Source: a virus
Taxonomy: Duplodnaviria; Caudoviricetes
Strand: one strand, 5' to 3'
Virus record (IMG/VR): IMGVR_UViG_3300036783_000038
Location: 1-51,904 of that record
DNA length: 51,904 bases
This document shows positions 29,668 through 39,124 of this stretch, piece after piece; the stretch's first letter is position 1, and the number at the start of each line of letters is the position of its first letter. The notes under the pieces are model-generated. The model saw only the letters and a list, made by a program, of their open reading frames with translations, was not told the origin of the DNA and did not search any database. The translations under genes and the position numbers were made by a program.

Positions 29668-30357
29668 TTAATCCAGTTTTGCAAGACTTGCATCTAAATT
29701 TGTCGCCTTTTGTTGTGAGCGTGATCTCGTAACTTGCAAAAGTGCATCAGTATCAAGCTGGTTAAAGATGCAGAGCATTGCCTCCCAGCGCGCCGTGAAG
29801 GTTTCTGACCAGTTCTTTGACGTTACCCCTACCATAGCTGCAAGGTCTCTGTACTGATATTGGTCACGCCCGGCTAGCGCAGCTTTCGTATCCTGCGCCG
29901 CCAGCCAGATAAGCTGACGCAGACGGTCCACTGTTTTCTTTGCAATGCGCACTTCGGCCAATTGCTGGCTGAATTGCTCCCACGCCCAACGTGTTATCGT
30001 CTCCTGATGCTCCCAGCGGATATTGTCGCTGTAGTTCCAGAGCAGCCAGGCTTGCTCATGTTCTTCGAGCGACAGCAGCGCCCGGCGCCAGGATGCCGTC
30101 GCAAATTCTACCGGTTGCACCAGCGGGATATGGGAACCTTTAGCGTGTGACTGCTTGCCGGGAATCGGAGGATTATTCAGCGTTATCCACTTTTCGTTTA
30201 CCTCATCCCAGATGCGCGGCTTTTTCCGTTTGAATGTGTTTGTGTCAAACTTGGCGTTCTCCAGCCAGGCCATCAGTTGCCCTTTCGTCGCCCCACTCAG
30301 ATCTGCAGTGGACACTATCAGCCGCTGGCGAACAAATTCTAAATATTGCGCTGTCAT
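29668..30357 (-). CDS. Late antitermination protein Q (phage 82-like)
   Basis: ADLSGATKGQL and SWRRALLSLEEHEQAWLLWNY; position before the lysis cassette. Confidence 0.8.
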   Translation of the reverse strand: MTAQYLEFVRQRLIVSTADLSGATKGQLMAWLENAKFDTNTFKRKKPRIWDEVNEKWITLNNPPIPGKQSHAKGSHIPLVQPVEFATASWRRALLSLEEHEQAWLLWNYSDNIRWEHQETITRWAWEQFSQQLAEVRIAKKTVDRLRQLIWLAAQDTKAALAGRDQYQYRDLAAMVGVTSKNWSETFTARWEAMLCIFNQLDTDALLQVTRSRSQQKATNLDASLAKLD

Positions 30358-30494
30358 GCTGTTTCTCCCAAGACCTGATAGATGCGGACAAAGTTCTTCA
30401 ATATGCGATAGTCAACCAGTACGGTGCCGCGGGCCCGGAACAGACGGAGCTTTTGCCAGCGCTCCCGGATGCGCTCTATGGCGAGCTGGCTCAT
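30354..30494 (-). CDS. YlcG-family small protein (46 aa)
   Basis: RERWQKLRLFRARGTVLVDYRILKNFVRIY, with ATGA coupling on both sides. Confidence 0.7.
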   Translation of the reverse strand: MSQLAIERIRERWQKLRLFRARGTVLVDYRILKNFVRIYQVLGETA

Positions 30495-31072
30495 GCGGCC
30501 TCCCGTTGTTTTACGAGCGCACGGCGAAGCGCGCTGTAATGGCGCCTGATTCCTTCCAGTTCTTCGATGTTGTATCTGTGAGGGGTGTTGTTGTTTTCGA
30601 GGGCCTCGACGCGCTCAGCGCCGATTTTCTCTATCAGATTGATGCGGTATTGCTGCTGGTTTCCCGACAGCTGCACATTGCAGTGATGGCACTGCTTGTG
30701 AATATTGTCCTCGTTGTAGCGCAGGTGTGACGCCTTCCCGCGGGAGCGGTAATGCCCGGCTTCCCACTGGACCGTTTCGAACGTGCCGCAACTGATGCAC
30801 GGCAGATCGTGGTCACGCTCTCGGATATAGTCGTTTACGACACGCTGGGTCATATCTTCCCAGTGTCGGAGTGGCCTCACAGTTGCTTTGCGCTCGCGCC
30901 AGGCTGCACGCTCTTTCTTCGCTTTTTCCTGGGACTGCTTTTCGCGTTTCTTATCGAGTTCCTGCATGGCATATTCAGCGCCATGCCCAGGACAGCACCA
31001 GCGATGGTTTTCGAATGCAGGAGTGAATTTCTCCCGGCAGATTTTGCAGCGTCGTTGGGGTTTCTTGGCCAT
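30491..31072 (-). CDS. ninG: NinG/Rap-family endonuclease
   Basis: YIRERDHDLPCISCG...AGHYRSRG...NIHKQCHHCN. Confidence 0.88.
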   Translation of the reverse strand: MAKKPQRRCKICREKFTPAFENHRWCCPGHGAEYAMQELDKKREKQSQEKAKKERAAWRERKATVRPLRHWEDMTQRVVNDYIRERDHDLPCISCGTFETVQWEAGHYRSRGKASHLRYNEDNIHKQCHHCNVQLSGNQQQYRINLIEKIGAERVEALENNNTPHRYNIEELEGIRRHYSALRRALVKQREAA

Positions 31073-31074
31073 GT

Positions 31075-31284
31075 TCACCCCCACATCCTGTTACGCCAGC
31101 GAGAGTCTGGCCGCGGCGGTTTTTTGTCCTCCACCAGCTGCGCGCTGACAGCCCATGTCATAAAGTCAGGGTTTAAGCTTCGTTCGACCTTTACGCCCCG
31201 CTGACGATATCTCGCTACCAATTCTTCGGCCTGCTGCGTTGTGCATTCGAGATGGTGAAACCATGAGCGTTTCATCGGCATCAC
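31075..31284 (-). CDS. Conserved phage hypothetical protein
   Basis: Coupled ORF in the nin region. Confidence 0.6.
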   Translation of the reverse strand: MMPMKRSWFHHLECTTQQAEELVARYRQRGVKVERSLNPDFMTWAVSAQLVEDKKPPRPDSRWRNRMWG

Positions 31285-31877
31285 CCCGCGAAGCTTAAAA
31301 GTTGGTTGGCGGCGTTCTCAGCTTCCTGCAGGCTGTTGAAAGAACGAGAGAGGATCCACCGCCAGAGAACATCGAGCGATGCTTTGTACAATTGCTGAAA
31401 TTCGCACTCGTCCATGCTGGCGAAAGAAATGCTGCGGGGGTGTTTTTTCAGCGTGCCGTCTGGCAGCTGTATGGCGTCATAGTGGCCGGCTTCAACGATG
31501 ACCCACGCCCGGTAAGCATCGAAAGATTTGCAAATACTGATATAGCCGGATCGCTTCTCGGCTATTCGGTCGAGATATTGCCCGGCGGCATCAAGTAACG
31601 CCGATTCACTCCCGCCATATGCAGCAAGGTATTTGGCGTAACCTGTGATAAGCCTGCGCTCATTAGACGAAATCGCCCCGCCGGTAGGTTCCCAATATTC
31701 AAAACCGAGATTGAGTAAAGCAAAGTAACGGCGGTGAAACGCCGGATTACGGACAAGCTTATAATCGGCTTCAAGAACGGAGCCGAGCTTGCATTTTGAT
31801 TGCAGAAAATCACTGGTCTCCGGCGTAGCGGGGATCAGGATACCTTGAGATTGTTTTATTAAGTGAAGCTGCGCCAT
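31281..31877 (-). CDS. DUF1367-family protein
   Basis: RNPAFHRRYFALLNLGFEYWEP and SISFASMDE. Confidence 0.75.
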   Translation of the reverse strand: MAQLHLIKQSQGILIPATPETSDFLQSKCKLGSVLEADYKLVRNPAFHRRYFALLNLGFEYWEPTGGAISSNERRLITGYAKYLAAYGGSESALLDAAGQYLDRIAEKRSGYISICKSFDAYRAWVIVEAGHYDAIQLPDGTLKKHPRSISFASMDECEFQQLYKASLDVLWRWILSRSFNSLQEAENAANQLLSFAG

Positions 31878-31960
31878 CGTCTTCTCCGAAGGCGCATTAC
31901 TGTCAGGTGACTGGTTGTTCAGGCCAGTACAGCAAGTATGATGTAGTTAACTGTGAAGAG

Positions 31961-32182
31961 TCAATTTTTAGAGCCCATTTCTTGGATAACTTCAACCAGA
32001 GATGCTCTTGACCAGATGTGCTCATCTTTATCTATTTTTCTTGCGGTGATTTCTCCATCAATATTGGACAGCAGACGCCTGTCATCTTGACCTAACAGAA
32101 ATGAGCGCACCACCTTGCCAGATTCATCTGTTATGGTGGCCCAAAAATCCCCCTTCCGCATTGGTTCAATACCATCACTCAC
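31961..32182 (-). CDS. Small protein downstream of dinI; candidate SOS-induced antirepressor
   Basis: GTG start after AGGGGG, 73 aa, second gene of the LexA-boxed unit. The function is inferred from position only. Confidence 0.5.
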   Translation of the reverse strand: MSDGIEPMRKGDFWATITDESGKVVRSFLLGQDDRRLLSNIDGEITARKIDKDEHIWSRASLVEVIQEMGSKN

Positions 32183-32290
32183 ATTACCCCCTGAGAGACA
32201 AACTGACGCACTCACTAAAACGGGTAGCAGCATCAATGGTAACGCGAACGCGATGCTCTGAGAGAAAGGCCGCCACCAAAATAAATACAC

Positions 32291-32524
32291 TCAATAAAAC
32301 CAGTCCTCCGCGCTTTCCCAGGTCTCGCGGAGTATCTCCTGGATAACCTCCTTATCATCAGCGATGCCGCCATAGACACTCAACCCGTCAGAGCCAGCAC
32401 GGCGAATCGTCAGCTGGCAGTCTTCATAGTTCTGATTTAAGCGACGCAGCAGCTCTTTCTCCAGCGCCTGAACAGCGCCGGTGGGTAATTTTTTGTTCTT
32501 GTCGATTGTCACTTCGATTTTCAT
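32291..32524 (-). CDS. dinI: DinI-family protein
   Basis: MKIEVTIDK...LPTGAVQALEKELLRRL...ILRETWESAEDWF. Confidence 0.9.
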   Translation of the reverse strand: MKIEVTIDKNKKLPTGAVQALEKELLRRLNQNYEDCQLTIRRAGSDGLSVYGGIADDKEVIQEILRETWESAEDWFY

Positions 32525-32545
32525 AGTATCACCTCGCTTGATGCA

Positions 32546-32561
32546 CTGTATAAATACACAG
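32546..32561. promoter_or_regulatory. LexA (SOS) box
   Basis: CTGTATAAATACACAG upstream of dinI. Confidence 0.9.
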
Positions 32562-32975
32562 TAATTATTGTAATGATTTTTCAGAAATGCAATCAAAAAC
32601 AGAAATAAAGATTTTATCTTTTAATATCAATGGTTAATGAAAATTTTCGTGGGTTTTAAGATGATTTGTGCGAGTAGAATTGAGTGTTGTTTAGAAACCA
32701 CCCGGCTTCAAATAGGTTTTGTAGATCAATTATTGATATATTGATCGCTTTAAACGATCGATGCAATTAACTCCATGTATTTCAATAACTTGTTATTAGA
32801 TAAGCGCACAATAAAACAGATACCCTTCAAAACACATGAGAAGTCAAGCGATAGGCGCAGTAAATCGCTGGTGACGCCCGTCATCGGTGGAAAATATTGC
32901 TTTGTTTTTGTGGTTCATGCTCTCAGACAGGCATCAAATAACGCCTGTCCCTGATAAAACTGCAACGAGCATTGG

Positions 32976-33233
32976 CTATTTTTTGGCGTTCTGCTCAGCC
33001 ATTTCGGTATAGCGTGGGTCACTTGCTTTCGGTAGCTCAACGCTTTTTTCTCGGTAGTAACGCACGCGCTCCATGAAATAGTCGCGTAGGTGTTCTGGTT
33101 GTTCTCTCGCTACCACTTCCGCGACGACCGGCATGTTCAGGCGCTCTTTGTACGCGACGCCGGAAGCCGCCAGGTCAACGTTTACCTTGTCCTGCTCTTC
33201 CGGGCTTTTTGATGCAATATTCCACTTCGACAT
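32976..33233 (-). CDS. hot: DNA polymerase III theta homologue (HOT/HolE family)
   Basis: [36 protein letters not shown] closely matches the theta/P1 HOT core. Confidence 0.9.
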   Translation of the reverse strand: MSKWNIASKSPEEQDKVNVDLAASGVAYKERLNMPVVAEVVAREQPEHLRDYFMERVRYYREKSVELPKASDPRYTEMAEQNAKK

Positions 33234-33315
33234 AGAAAAATCCCCTCTGGTGTTGAGGGGATTGTAACGCATTTGGATTGTCTTTCAGTGACTGGCTTTG
33301 CGTTCTGCGGGGGAT

Positions 33316-33633
33316 TTAGGCATGCTCCCGCTCCTTCTGGTGCTCGTCTTCGCTGCTGAAATCGTCGCCGTCTATTGGCATCAGGTACTGTGGCGGGTAA
33401 AGCGCCCAGCCCTTTCCAGCCCATAGCGGTGAATCTTCCCCAAACTTCGCCTTAACATCACCAGTGACAAACCAGGCTGGAATTTCTCCGGCATTATTAG
33501 AGCGTCGCCCCTGTGGTGAGGTGAATGTCCCACGCACGGGAATTAGCTTGATGAGGCTGACACACCGGCCAATCTCTTCTGGGCTGGCGCTATCAATGAT
33601 TAACGCCATACCTCCTGCGCGTAACTCAGCCAT
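33316..33633 (-). CDS. Hypothetical phage protein
   Basis: Coupled ORF downstream of the replication genes. Confidence 0.6.
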   Translation of the reverse strand: MAELRAGGMALIIDSASPEEIGRCVSLIKLIPVRGTFTSPQGRRSNNAGEIPAWFVTGDVKAKFGEDSPLWAGKGWALYPPQYLMPIDGDDFSSEDEHQKEREHA

Positions 33634-34333
33634 GGTTCACCTCCTGCGGTGCGGCTGCGATCATCAATTCATAAATTTCAGCCACCTCTCCCGTTTCGTT
33701 GTCTCGCATCGCTGACAGAATCATCTCTTTTGTCGGCTCCTTAGGAACCATCACGAACCCCTCTGGAATTACCGGAGAGTTGCCAGTCAATTTGGCGCGG
33801 GCTTGCCAAGCCAACCACGCAGCATTTTTGGCGCCAACCCCATCGATTGGTAAGTTGTCCTCGTTATTCCATGCGTTGAATGCTGCTCGCTCGTCCGGCA
33901 CTACCGTCTGCTGCGCGTGGCGATAGAGCGGCGTAGAATGCAGACCTAATATCCCCTCAGCATTGGCGACATAGCCGCTATCGGTGGTTAATTGGTCACC
34001 AGTGCGGGCGTGAACAATCCACGCCACCGGCTCTTGCTGAGTGATTGGCGGGTGGGCATAGAGTGGTTGATACAACCCCAGTTCGCTTGCCTCTTCGGAA
34101 AATGACCAGTGGGGGTTAGCGTTGCCTTTAATGTCAGTAGTGCGATAGCGCCACGCCACCGGCTCGCTGTCCTTCTCGGCCTTGCGGCGTTCCTGTAGCT
34201 CACGCAGTGCAGCAGATAATTGCCCAAAAAAGTCATACTGCTCGCTATCTTCTTTCGGGTCGTAATCTTGCTGCCAGTGACCAACGGCATCAATTAGGTG
34301 CTCAACCGTGGCTGTTAACTTGTTATTGGTCAT
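33626..34333 (-). CDS. Eaa/Ea22-type mosaic accessory protein
   Basis: Repeated EPVAW...PLY modules and NSPVIPEG...VPKEPT. Confidence 0.65.
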   Translation of the reverse strand: MTNNKLTATVEHLIDAVGHWQQDYDPKEDSEQYDFFGQLSAALRELQERRKAEKDSEPVAWRYRTTDIKGNANPHWSFSEEASELGLYQPLYAHPPITQQEPVAWIVHARTGDQLTTDSGYVANAEGILGLHSTPLYRHAQQTVVPDERAAFNAWNNEDNLPIDGVGAKNAAWLAWQARAKLTGNSPVIPEGFVMVPKEPTKEMILSAMRDNETGEVAEIYELMIAAAPQEVNHG

Positions 34334-34524
34334 TGCAACACCACCTTTGTACCGTGTTTTACTAATTCTCCGGCATCAATACCGACGTTCAGCCAAAAGC
34401 TCAGAGCCAACAAAATATCGTCCTCATTCTTGCAGTGGCAGGCGTTAACGAATTCCTGAACGGTTTTTACTGCCAGTTTCGCCATTTCCCCTTCGGTCAG
34501 GCGTTGCGGTGATTTACTGCTCAT
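34330..34524 (-). CDS. Hypothetical phage protein
   Basis: Coupled small ORF. Confidence 0.55.
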   Translation of the reverse strand: MSSKSPQRLTEGEMAKLAVKTVQEFVNACHCKNEDDILLALSFWLNVGIDAGELVKHGTKVVLQ

Positions 34525-35000
34525 TAGTTGGCTCCCTCGCGCAGCTGCTCAATTTCGAAGTCCAGCTCATCGGAAATGCTGTCCAGATACGGTTGCACCA
34601 TCGCCTCTTCGTACTGTCGATTTTCAGCAAGGCCGCCAGGGCAGATGTTATCGTGACACTGGAGGACAATTTCTTTCGCCTTCTCAAGTCCGCGCGCCTC
34701 GGCTTCGGCTACGATGCGATCGGTGGCGGGGAATGGGTTCTCTGCGTTAACGTCGCGAGAGACGTACATGTTGATTTCGGACACATAATCCAGTGGAACA
34801 CCGGCAAACATTCCGTCTTCGCCTTCAGAGTAATATTCAACGTGGTTCTCGCTGATATCGGTCAGCAAGCGAATCATCGCCACATTCTCCGCAGCCAGTT
34901 GCTTAAACTCCCTCGCCAGCTCCAGATACTTTGTCTCTTTGATCGACAGCTCGCCAGACTCCAGCGACTGAATGAGCTCGTTTACTGTTTCGGTGTTCAT
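34524..35000 (-). CDS. Ead-like accessory protein
   Basis: QLAAENVA...PATDRIVAEAEARG pattern. Confidence 0.6.
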   Translation of the reverse strand: MNTETVNELIQSLESGELSIKETKYLELAREFKQLAAENVAMIRLLTDISENHVEYYSEGEDGMFAGVPLDYVSEINMYVSRDVNAENPFPATDRIVAEAEARGLEKAKEIVLQCHDNICPGGLAENRQYEEAMVQPYLDSISDELDFEIEQLREGAN

Positions 35001-35302
35001 TTTCTCACTCCCGCCAGGCACTGGTTAAAAAGGTTGGTCAGCTTGTTGGCACCGCAATGATGATTGCTAAACTGAAAATCCGCCGACGTGCTTTCGGTTA
35101 CGGTTGTCTGCTCTGCAAGGGTGTAGCGATAGCCTTTGCGCTCACCTGCTCGCAAAACCCGGCCGTCATTGAAGGTGGCCCAGATAGCTGAGTTGACGAC
35201 AGAAGAGTGCAAGCCTGTTCCGGTGCGTATGTCTGAAAAAGTGCAACCAGGATTGCTGCCGATAAAATTGATGACGATTTGAGTGCCACTTACTTTTTTC
35301 AT
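34997..35302 (-). CDS. Winged-helix-like hypothetical protein
   Basis: NPGCTFSDIRTGTGL pattern and C-terminal NKLTNLFNQCL. Confidence 0.6.
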   Translation of the reverse strand: MKKVSGTQIVINFIGSNPGCTFSDIRTGTGLHSSVVNSAIWATFNDGRVLRAGERKGYRYTLAEQTTVTESTSADFQFSNHHCGANKLTNLFNQCLAGVRK

Positions 35303-36150
35303 GACCGGTTCTCCCGATAGCTGTCCCAGGTAAACGAAATCGTGCAGCCGCCGCCGTCGTTCATGCGGTCGATGACGCGCTCGCCGATAAACTGCGTCAA
35401 CTCATCCTTCGGCAGGTTGCTGATCAGGATCGTCGGCTTCAGGCGCTCGTAGCGGGTGTTGATAATTTCGAACATAATCAGCTTCTCGGCATCGCTACCG
35501 AACTGAACGCCAACTTCATCAACGATAAGCAGGTCTGGCCTGGTGAAGTGGCGGATCACCTCATCCTCGGTGCGAGTGGCTGTTTTTGCCCAAGTAGATT
35601 TAAACTCCCGGGCAATCTTCAGAGCCGTTGTGAATACGACTGAGCTTTGGTGCTGCTCAATCACATGTTTGGCGATGGCCAGCGCAAGGTGGTTCTTTCC
35701 GGTACCAGGCTTACCGCACATAACCAACCCACCACCCTGCTGGAGGCGATCAGTCCATTTCGAGGCATAGGCCTGGCAGACACGCAGCGCGCACTCAGAA
35801 TCTTTTCCAACCGGCTTGTAGCTATCCAGGGTGCATGATGCGAATCTCTCAGGGATCTCAAGTTGGCGAAGCAGTCTCTCGACGCTTTGTTGGCGAACCT
35901 GTTTTTCCCATCTCACTTTCTCAGCTTTCAGGAAGCTAAGTTCATCACGAAGGCAGCCTGGGCAGCGCGTAGGTGGTGATGGCAGCCTGACAGTGCCGTT
36001 CGTAAACATCCTTTTGCGTTGCTCATATTCACCATGCTTTTCGCAGAACACACGTTCACACACCAGCTCGCAATTCGGGATTTCCTCTGGTGGCTTACTC
36101 AGGATTTCGAGCATCTTCTTGATGGTTGAAATTTTTTCTTCCAGTTCCAT
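35299..36150 (-). CDS. DnaC/IstB-like helicase loader ATPase
   Basis: GKPGTGKNH (Walker A), LLIVDEVG (Walker B) and PTILISN. Confidence 0.9.
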   Translation of the reverse strand: MELEEKISTIKKMLEILSKPPEEIPNCELVCERVFCEKHGEYEQRKRMFTNGTVRLPSPPTRCPGCLRDELSFLKAEKVRWEKQVRQQSVERLLRQLEIPERFASCTLDSYKPVGKDSECALRVCQAYASKWTDRLQQGGGLVMCGKPGTGKNHLALAIAKHVIEQHQSSVVFTTALKIAREFKSTWAKTATRTEDEVIRHFTRPDLLIVDEVGVQFGSDAEKLIMFEIINTRYERLKPTILISNLPKDELTQFIGERVIDRMNDGGGCTISFTWDSYRENRS

Positions 36151-36152
36151 GA

Positions 36153-37052
36153 TCAGTCCCTCGCCCATGATGGGATTTCAGTCTGCCCGTAGTCTTTCGC
36201 TGCAAAGTTTTCATGCTGGCGCCCATTAGCAATCTTGCGAGGTGTCCGCGAAGACGCCTGCTTGTTCTGGTAGCTCAGTTTTTGGCTGGCGGTAATAAAC
36301 CAATTTTTCGGTTTCTCATGGCTGAATTCGATATCCAGCTTTTGAAGTTCGTACTGCAGGTCAATCAGCGGGTACAGGGTTAACCACGCCTGGTAGTCTT
36401 TGTGATTCAGACGAACCACAGAACCTTCGAATGCATATCGGCTAGCCATCTGATGAACAGTTGCCTGCTCAGCCCCTTGGTCACCTTCGCAAGTCGCGGA
36501 AGCGGCTTGGGTGTTATCCAAGGAATCAGGATCAGGGTTAAGGGAATCAGGAATCAGGTTAAGGGAATCAGCAGGATTTAAACTGTTCTCTACTGATGCT
36601 TGCACCATGTTTGCACCATGCAATTCTGGTGTTACTTTATTTTCAACAGCTTGACTTGATTCTGAATCCTTCTTTTCTTCCTCTTCATCTTCCTTGCACT
36701 GTTCTTGCCCGGTGCTTTTATCGTTCTCAAGAGGTTCAGGTATCTCGCTTGCAGCTTCTTTGCAGTGTGGGTTTTGGTGCTTCTTCCAGTTCGATATCTG
36801 GATGTAACAATCCCCATTGACCTGGTAGCGACTAATAAATTTATGGTCATTAAGTTGCTGAAGAAGAGCATCACAATCAGCCTCATCAAAAGGGAGAAGC
36901 ATCGCTTTAATTTTTTTAGGGCGATCATCAAGACGCCCTTCTTTATCTGCTATCGTCCAAAGACCAGCAAACAGAAGTCGCCCCAGAGGATGGCATTCTG
37001 CAAGCTCATCATTTGTGAAAAAGCCTGGTTTGATATTTCTGGATCTGGCCAT
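36153..37052 (-). CDS. Replication initiator (O-analogue)
   Basis: MARSRNIKPGFF...LWTIADKEGR N-terminus, internal iteron-like repeats, upstream of the DnaC-like gene. Confidence 0.85.
   Translation of the reverse strand: MARSRNIKPGFFTNDELAECHPLGRLLFAGLWTIADKEGRLDDRPKKIKAMLLPFDEADCDALLQQLNDHKFISRYQVNGDCYIQISNWKKHQNPHCKEAASEIPEPLENDKSTGQEQCKEDEEEEKKDSESSQAVENKVTPELHGANMVQASVENSLNPADSLNLIPDSLNPDPDSLDNTQAASATCEGDQGAEQATVHQMASRYAFEGSVVRLNHKDYQAWLTLYPLIDLQYELQKLDIEFSHEKPKNWFITASQKLSYQNKQASSRTPRKIANGRQHENFAAKDYGQTEIPSWARD
36521..36580. repeat. Iteron-like repeats (putative origin)
   Basis: GGAATCAG x4, including TTAAGGGAATCAG x2, inside the initiator gene. Confidence 0.6.
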
Positions 37053-37745
37053 TTAAAACTCCACAGGTTGTGTCGGTCCGTAAATGCCTTGGGACTCACG
37101 CTCAGCCCGAAAAGACTCATATTCTTCTCTGCGCTTCCTGAGTTCCTGTTCATCAGCTGGCTCGATGGCGTACGCATTCGAGTCATGCATGGCAATGACG
37201 ACGCCGTGTTTTTTTCTGATGTTCAAAACGGTATCTGCGCCGATGCGGATCAGCCGCTCAGCCGTAGCTAATTTGTCACCAAAGACGCTTATGCCAATGT
37301 CATCGAAGAGACTATTGACGTTGAGCTTCCCAAGGGTTTCGAAAGTGATGAAGTCGTTATAAACAGCGATGCTTTCAACGGACTCCCCTACTTGCGCTTC
37401 ACAGCTCTGAGAGCAGGCGTGAATGATTTCCCCTAAAGAAAGCTCGAAAAATTCTCTGGAATCATTTACGCGCCACTCAGATAAAACCTCATGGACTTCT
37501 TTTTCTGATTCCAGTGGGGAATGGGTATAAAAAGCAGCTTCAATTTTGAATGGCGCCGGAACGCCAGTAGCGGACGACAGCTCCCTCGCCCGAACTTCTG
37601 GGCTTGTCGTGGTCATGCCGACTTTGTAGATCCCCGGCATGCATGGGTTACTTAATACATAAACCCACCCTTCCATCCTGAATTGCTGCGGGACTTCCAT
37701 AGTCGTCATTACGCCGACTTGCTTTGTAATGGCATCAAGATGCAT
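37053..37745 (-). CDS. T5orf172 (GIY-YIG-like) domain protein
   Basis: GWVYVLSN...YKVGMTT...RARELSSATGVP...EKEVHEVL...REFF. Confidence 0.85.
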   Translation of the reverse strand: MHLDAITKQVGVMTTMEVPQQFRMEGWVYVLSNPCMPGIYKVGMTTTSPEVRARELSSATGVPAPFKIEAAFYTHSPLESEKEVHEVLSEWRVNDSREFFELSLGEIIHACSQSCEAQVGESVESIAVYNDFITFETLGKLNVNSLFDDIGISVFGDKLATAERLIRIGADTVLNIRKKHGVVIAMHDSNAYAIEPADEQELRKRREEYESFRAERESQGIYGPTQPVEF

Positions 37746-37830
37746 AATTACTCCTGTGAATTGATCCAGTTAATTCCACCTGAAAGCCGTTGGTGTCCTA
37801 CCACCGCGGCTTTCGCCATTTTTAACGTCT

Positions 37831-38367
37831 TCACATAACCCCCAACATCGATGTCACCATCGTCATCAGTGTTCCTGTTTGCTCAGGCATCAGCCTGAAC
37901 AGCGAAGCTATCCCCTCACTTACCTCCTTCAGTTTCTGGTGTTCCGGTGCGTTCAGCATCACGGCCTGCTTTGCTTCTGCGCACTCCTTAATGGCAGAAA
38001 ACAGGCGCGACAAAACATCGTCACGAGGCATCAGCCGATTGCGGTATTCCAGCGGAAGAACAGCCATGATTGCCGGTGTTAGAAGACGCACATTCTCCCG
38101 GTACCTTTCCGATTCGACCTGGTTATCCAGGTAACGAAAAAGCTTCTGACGGGCGCGACTGATATCAGCGGGGAATTCAATTTCATCCCCGCCCTGCTGG
38201 CGCCATTCGTCGATGATGTATGCGGAAACAACATCCTGACCTGCTGTTGCCGCCCAGGCGCGAACGGCAGAGCGAATGTTGTCGTGATCTGCCACTCTCG
38301 GCTGATTTCGCTTTATCAGAGCACCCGGGTTAAATACGGTATTTTGTTGAAAGGAAAGTGTTTGCAT
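37831..38367 (-). CDS. CII-position regulator (YdaT-like)
   Basis: IRSAVRAWA, RQKLFRYLD and KECAEAKQA; directly after cro. Confidence 0.7.
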   Translation of the reverse strand: MQTLSFQQNTVFNPGALIKRNQPRVADHDNIRSAVRAWAATAGQDVVSAYIIDEWRQQGGDEIEFPADISRARQKLFRYLDNQVESERYRENVRLLTPAIMAVLPLEYRNRLMPRDDVLSRLFSAIKECAEAKQAVMLNAPEHQKLKEVSEGIASLFRLMPEQTGTLMTMVTSMLGVM

Positions 38368-38374
38368 GGTTAGC

Positions 38375-38599
38375 CTACTCCTTAGGCAGTCCGTCGGTTG
38401 GGTTTGGATAGGCATTCGGGTCGATCTCATGCGGAGTAACCTGCCAATTCAGCAACTGACAGAGCGCCCGCACTCGAGATGTTGGTACTTTCCCCGAATT
38501 CATCCAGCGACTTACCGCTTGAGATGAAAGCCCTAGGGCTTCTCCAAGCGCAGTTTGCGTTGTGATGGATTTAACTTTGTTTTTTAGCTTTTCGTTCAT
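38375..38599 (-). CDS. cro: Cro-like HTH regulator
   Basis: TQTALGEALGLSSQAVSRW and VTPHEIDPNAYPNPTDGLP. Confidence 0.85.
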   Translation of the reverse strand: MNEKLKNKVKSITTQTALGEALGLSSQAVSRWMNSGKVPTSRVRALCQLLNWQVTPHEIDPNAYPNPTDGLPKE

Positions 38600-38632
38600 G
38601 GCTCCTCCTTAGATTGAAAATAAGCATACACA

Positions 38633-38700
38633 TTGAAACTGAACGTTTCAATAAAATTACTCCAATTTATTTCAGTTACTTCTGAAACCTGTGGTTGTAA
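38633..38700. promoter_or_regulatory. OR: three 19-bp operator-like sites
   Basis: ttgaaactgaacgtttcaa (38633), ttactccaatttatttcag (38657, inverted) and ctgaaacctgtggttgtaa (38682). Related sites occur at PL. Confidence 0.65.
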
Positions 38701-38710
38701 AATGGAAAGT

Positions 38711-39124
38711 ATGAATACAGAAACCAATCAAGTTTTTGCTTATAGGTTCAACCAAGCTATAACGGAGCATGGTTGGAATCTTTCCGATTTAGCCCGTCGC
38801 GTTGGTGTTACGCCACAGGCAGTTCAGAAGTGGGCGAAAGGAAGTTCAATCCCGCGCGGTAGGAAGTTGAAGCTTCTTGCTGAAGTAACGGGAAAGCCCG
38901 AGCATTGGTATTTCATGCAGCCCGACACTGAAGATCCAGAGCTGTTAGCACAACTAAGTATTCCTAAAAAACTTGATGTTACAGAAGAGGCTCTTCTTGC
39001 GATCTTCAACCAGCTTCCTGAAACAGAAAAGCATCGATTAATCCTTCATGCGAAGGGTGTGCTAAGAGATCTCCAAGCGCTCAAAGATGATGTTAGTGAT
39101 CTGATAAAAAACCTTAACCGCTGA
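38711..39124 (+). CDS. CI-like repressor lacking the S24 autopeptidase domain
   Basis: HTH NLSDLARRVGVTPQAVQKW, divergent from cro, only ~137 aa. Alternative start at 38702. Confidence 0.85.
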   Translation: MNTETNQVFAYRFNQAITEHGWNLSDLARRVGVTPQAVQKWAKGSSIPRGRKLKLLAEVTGKPEHWYFMQPDTEDPELLAQLSIPKKLDVTEEALLAIFNQLPETEKHRLILHAKGVLRDLQALKDDVSDLIKNLNR

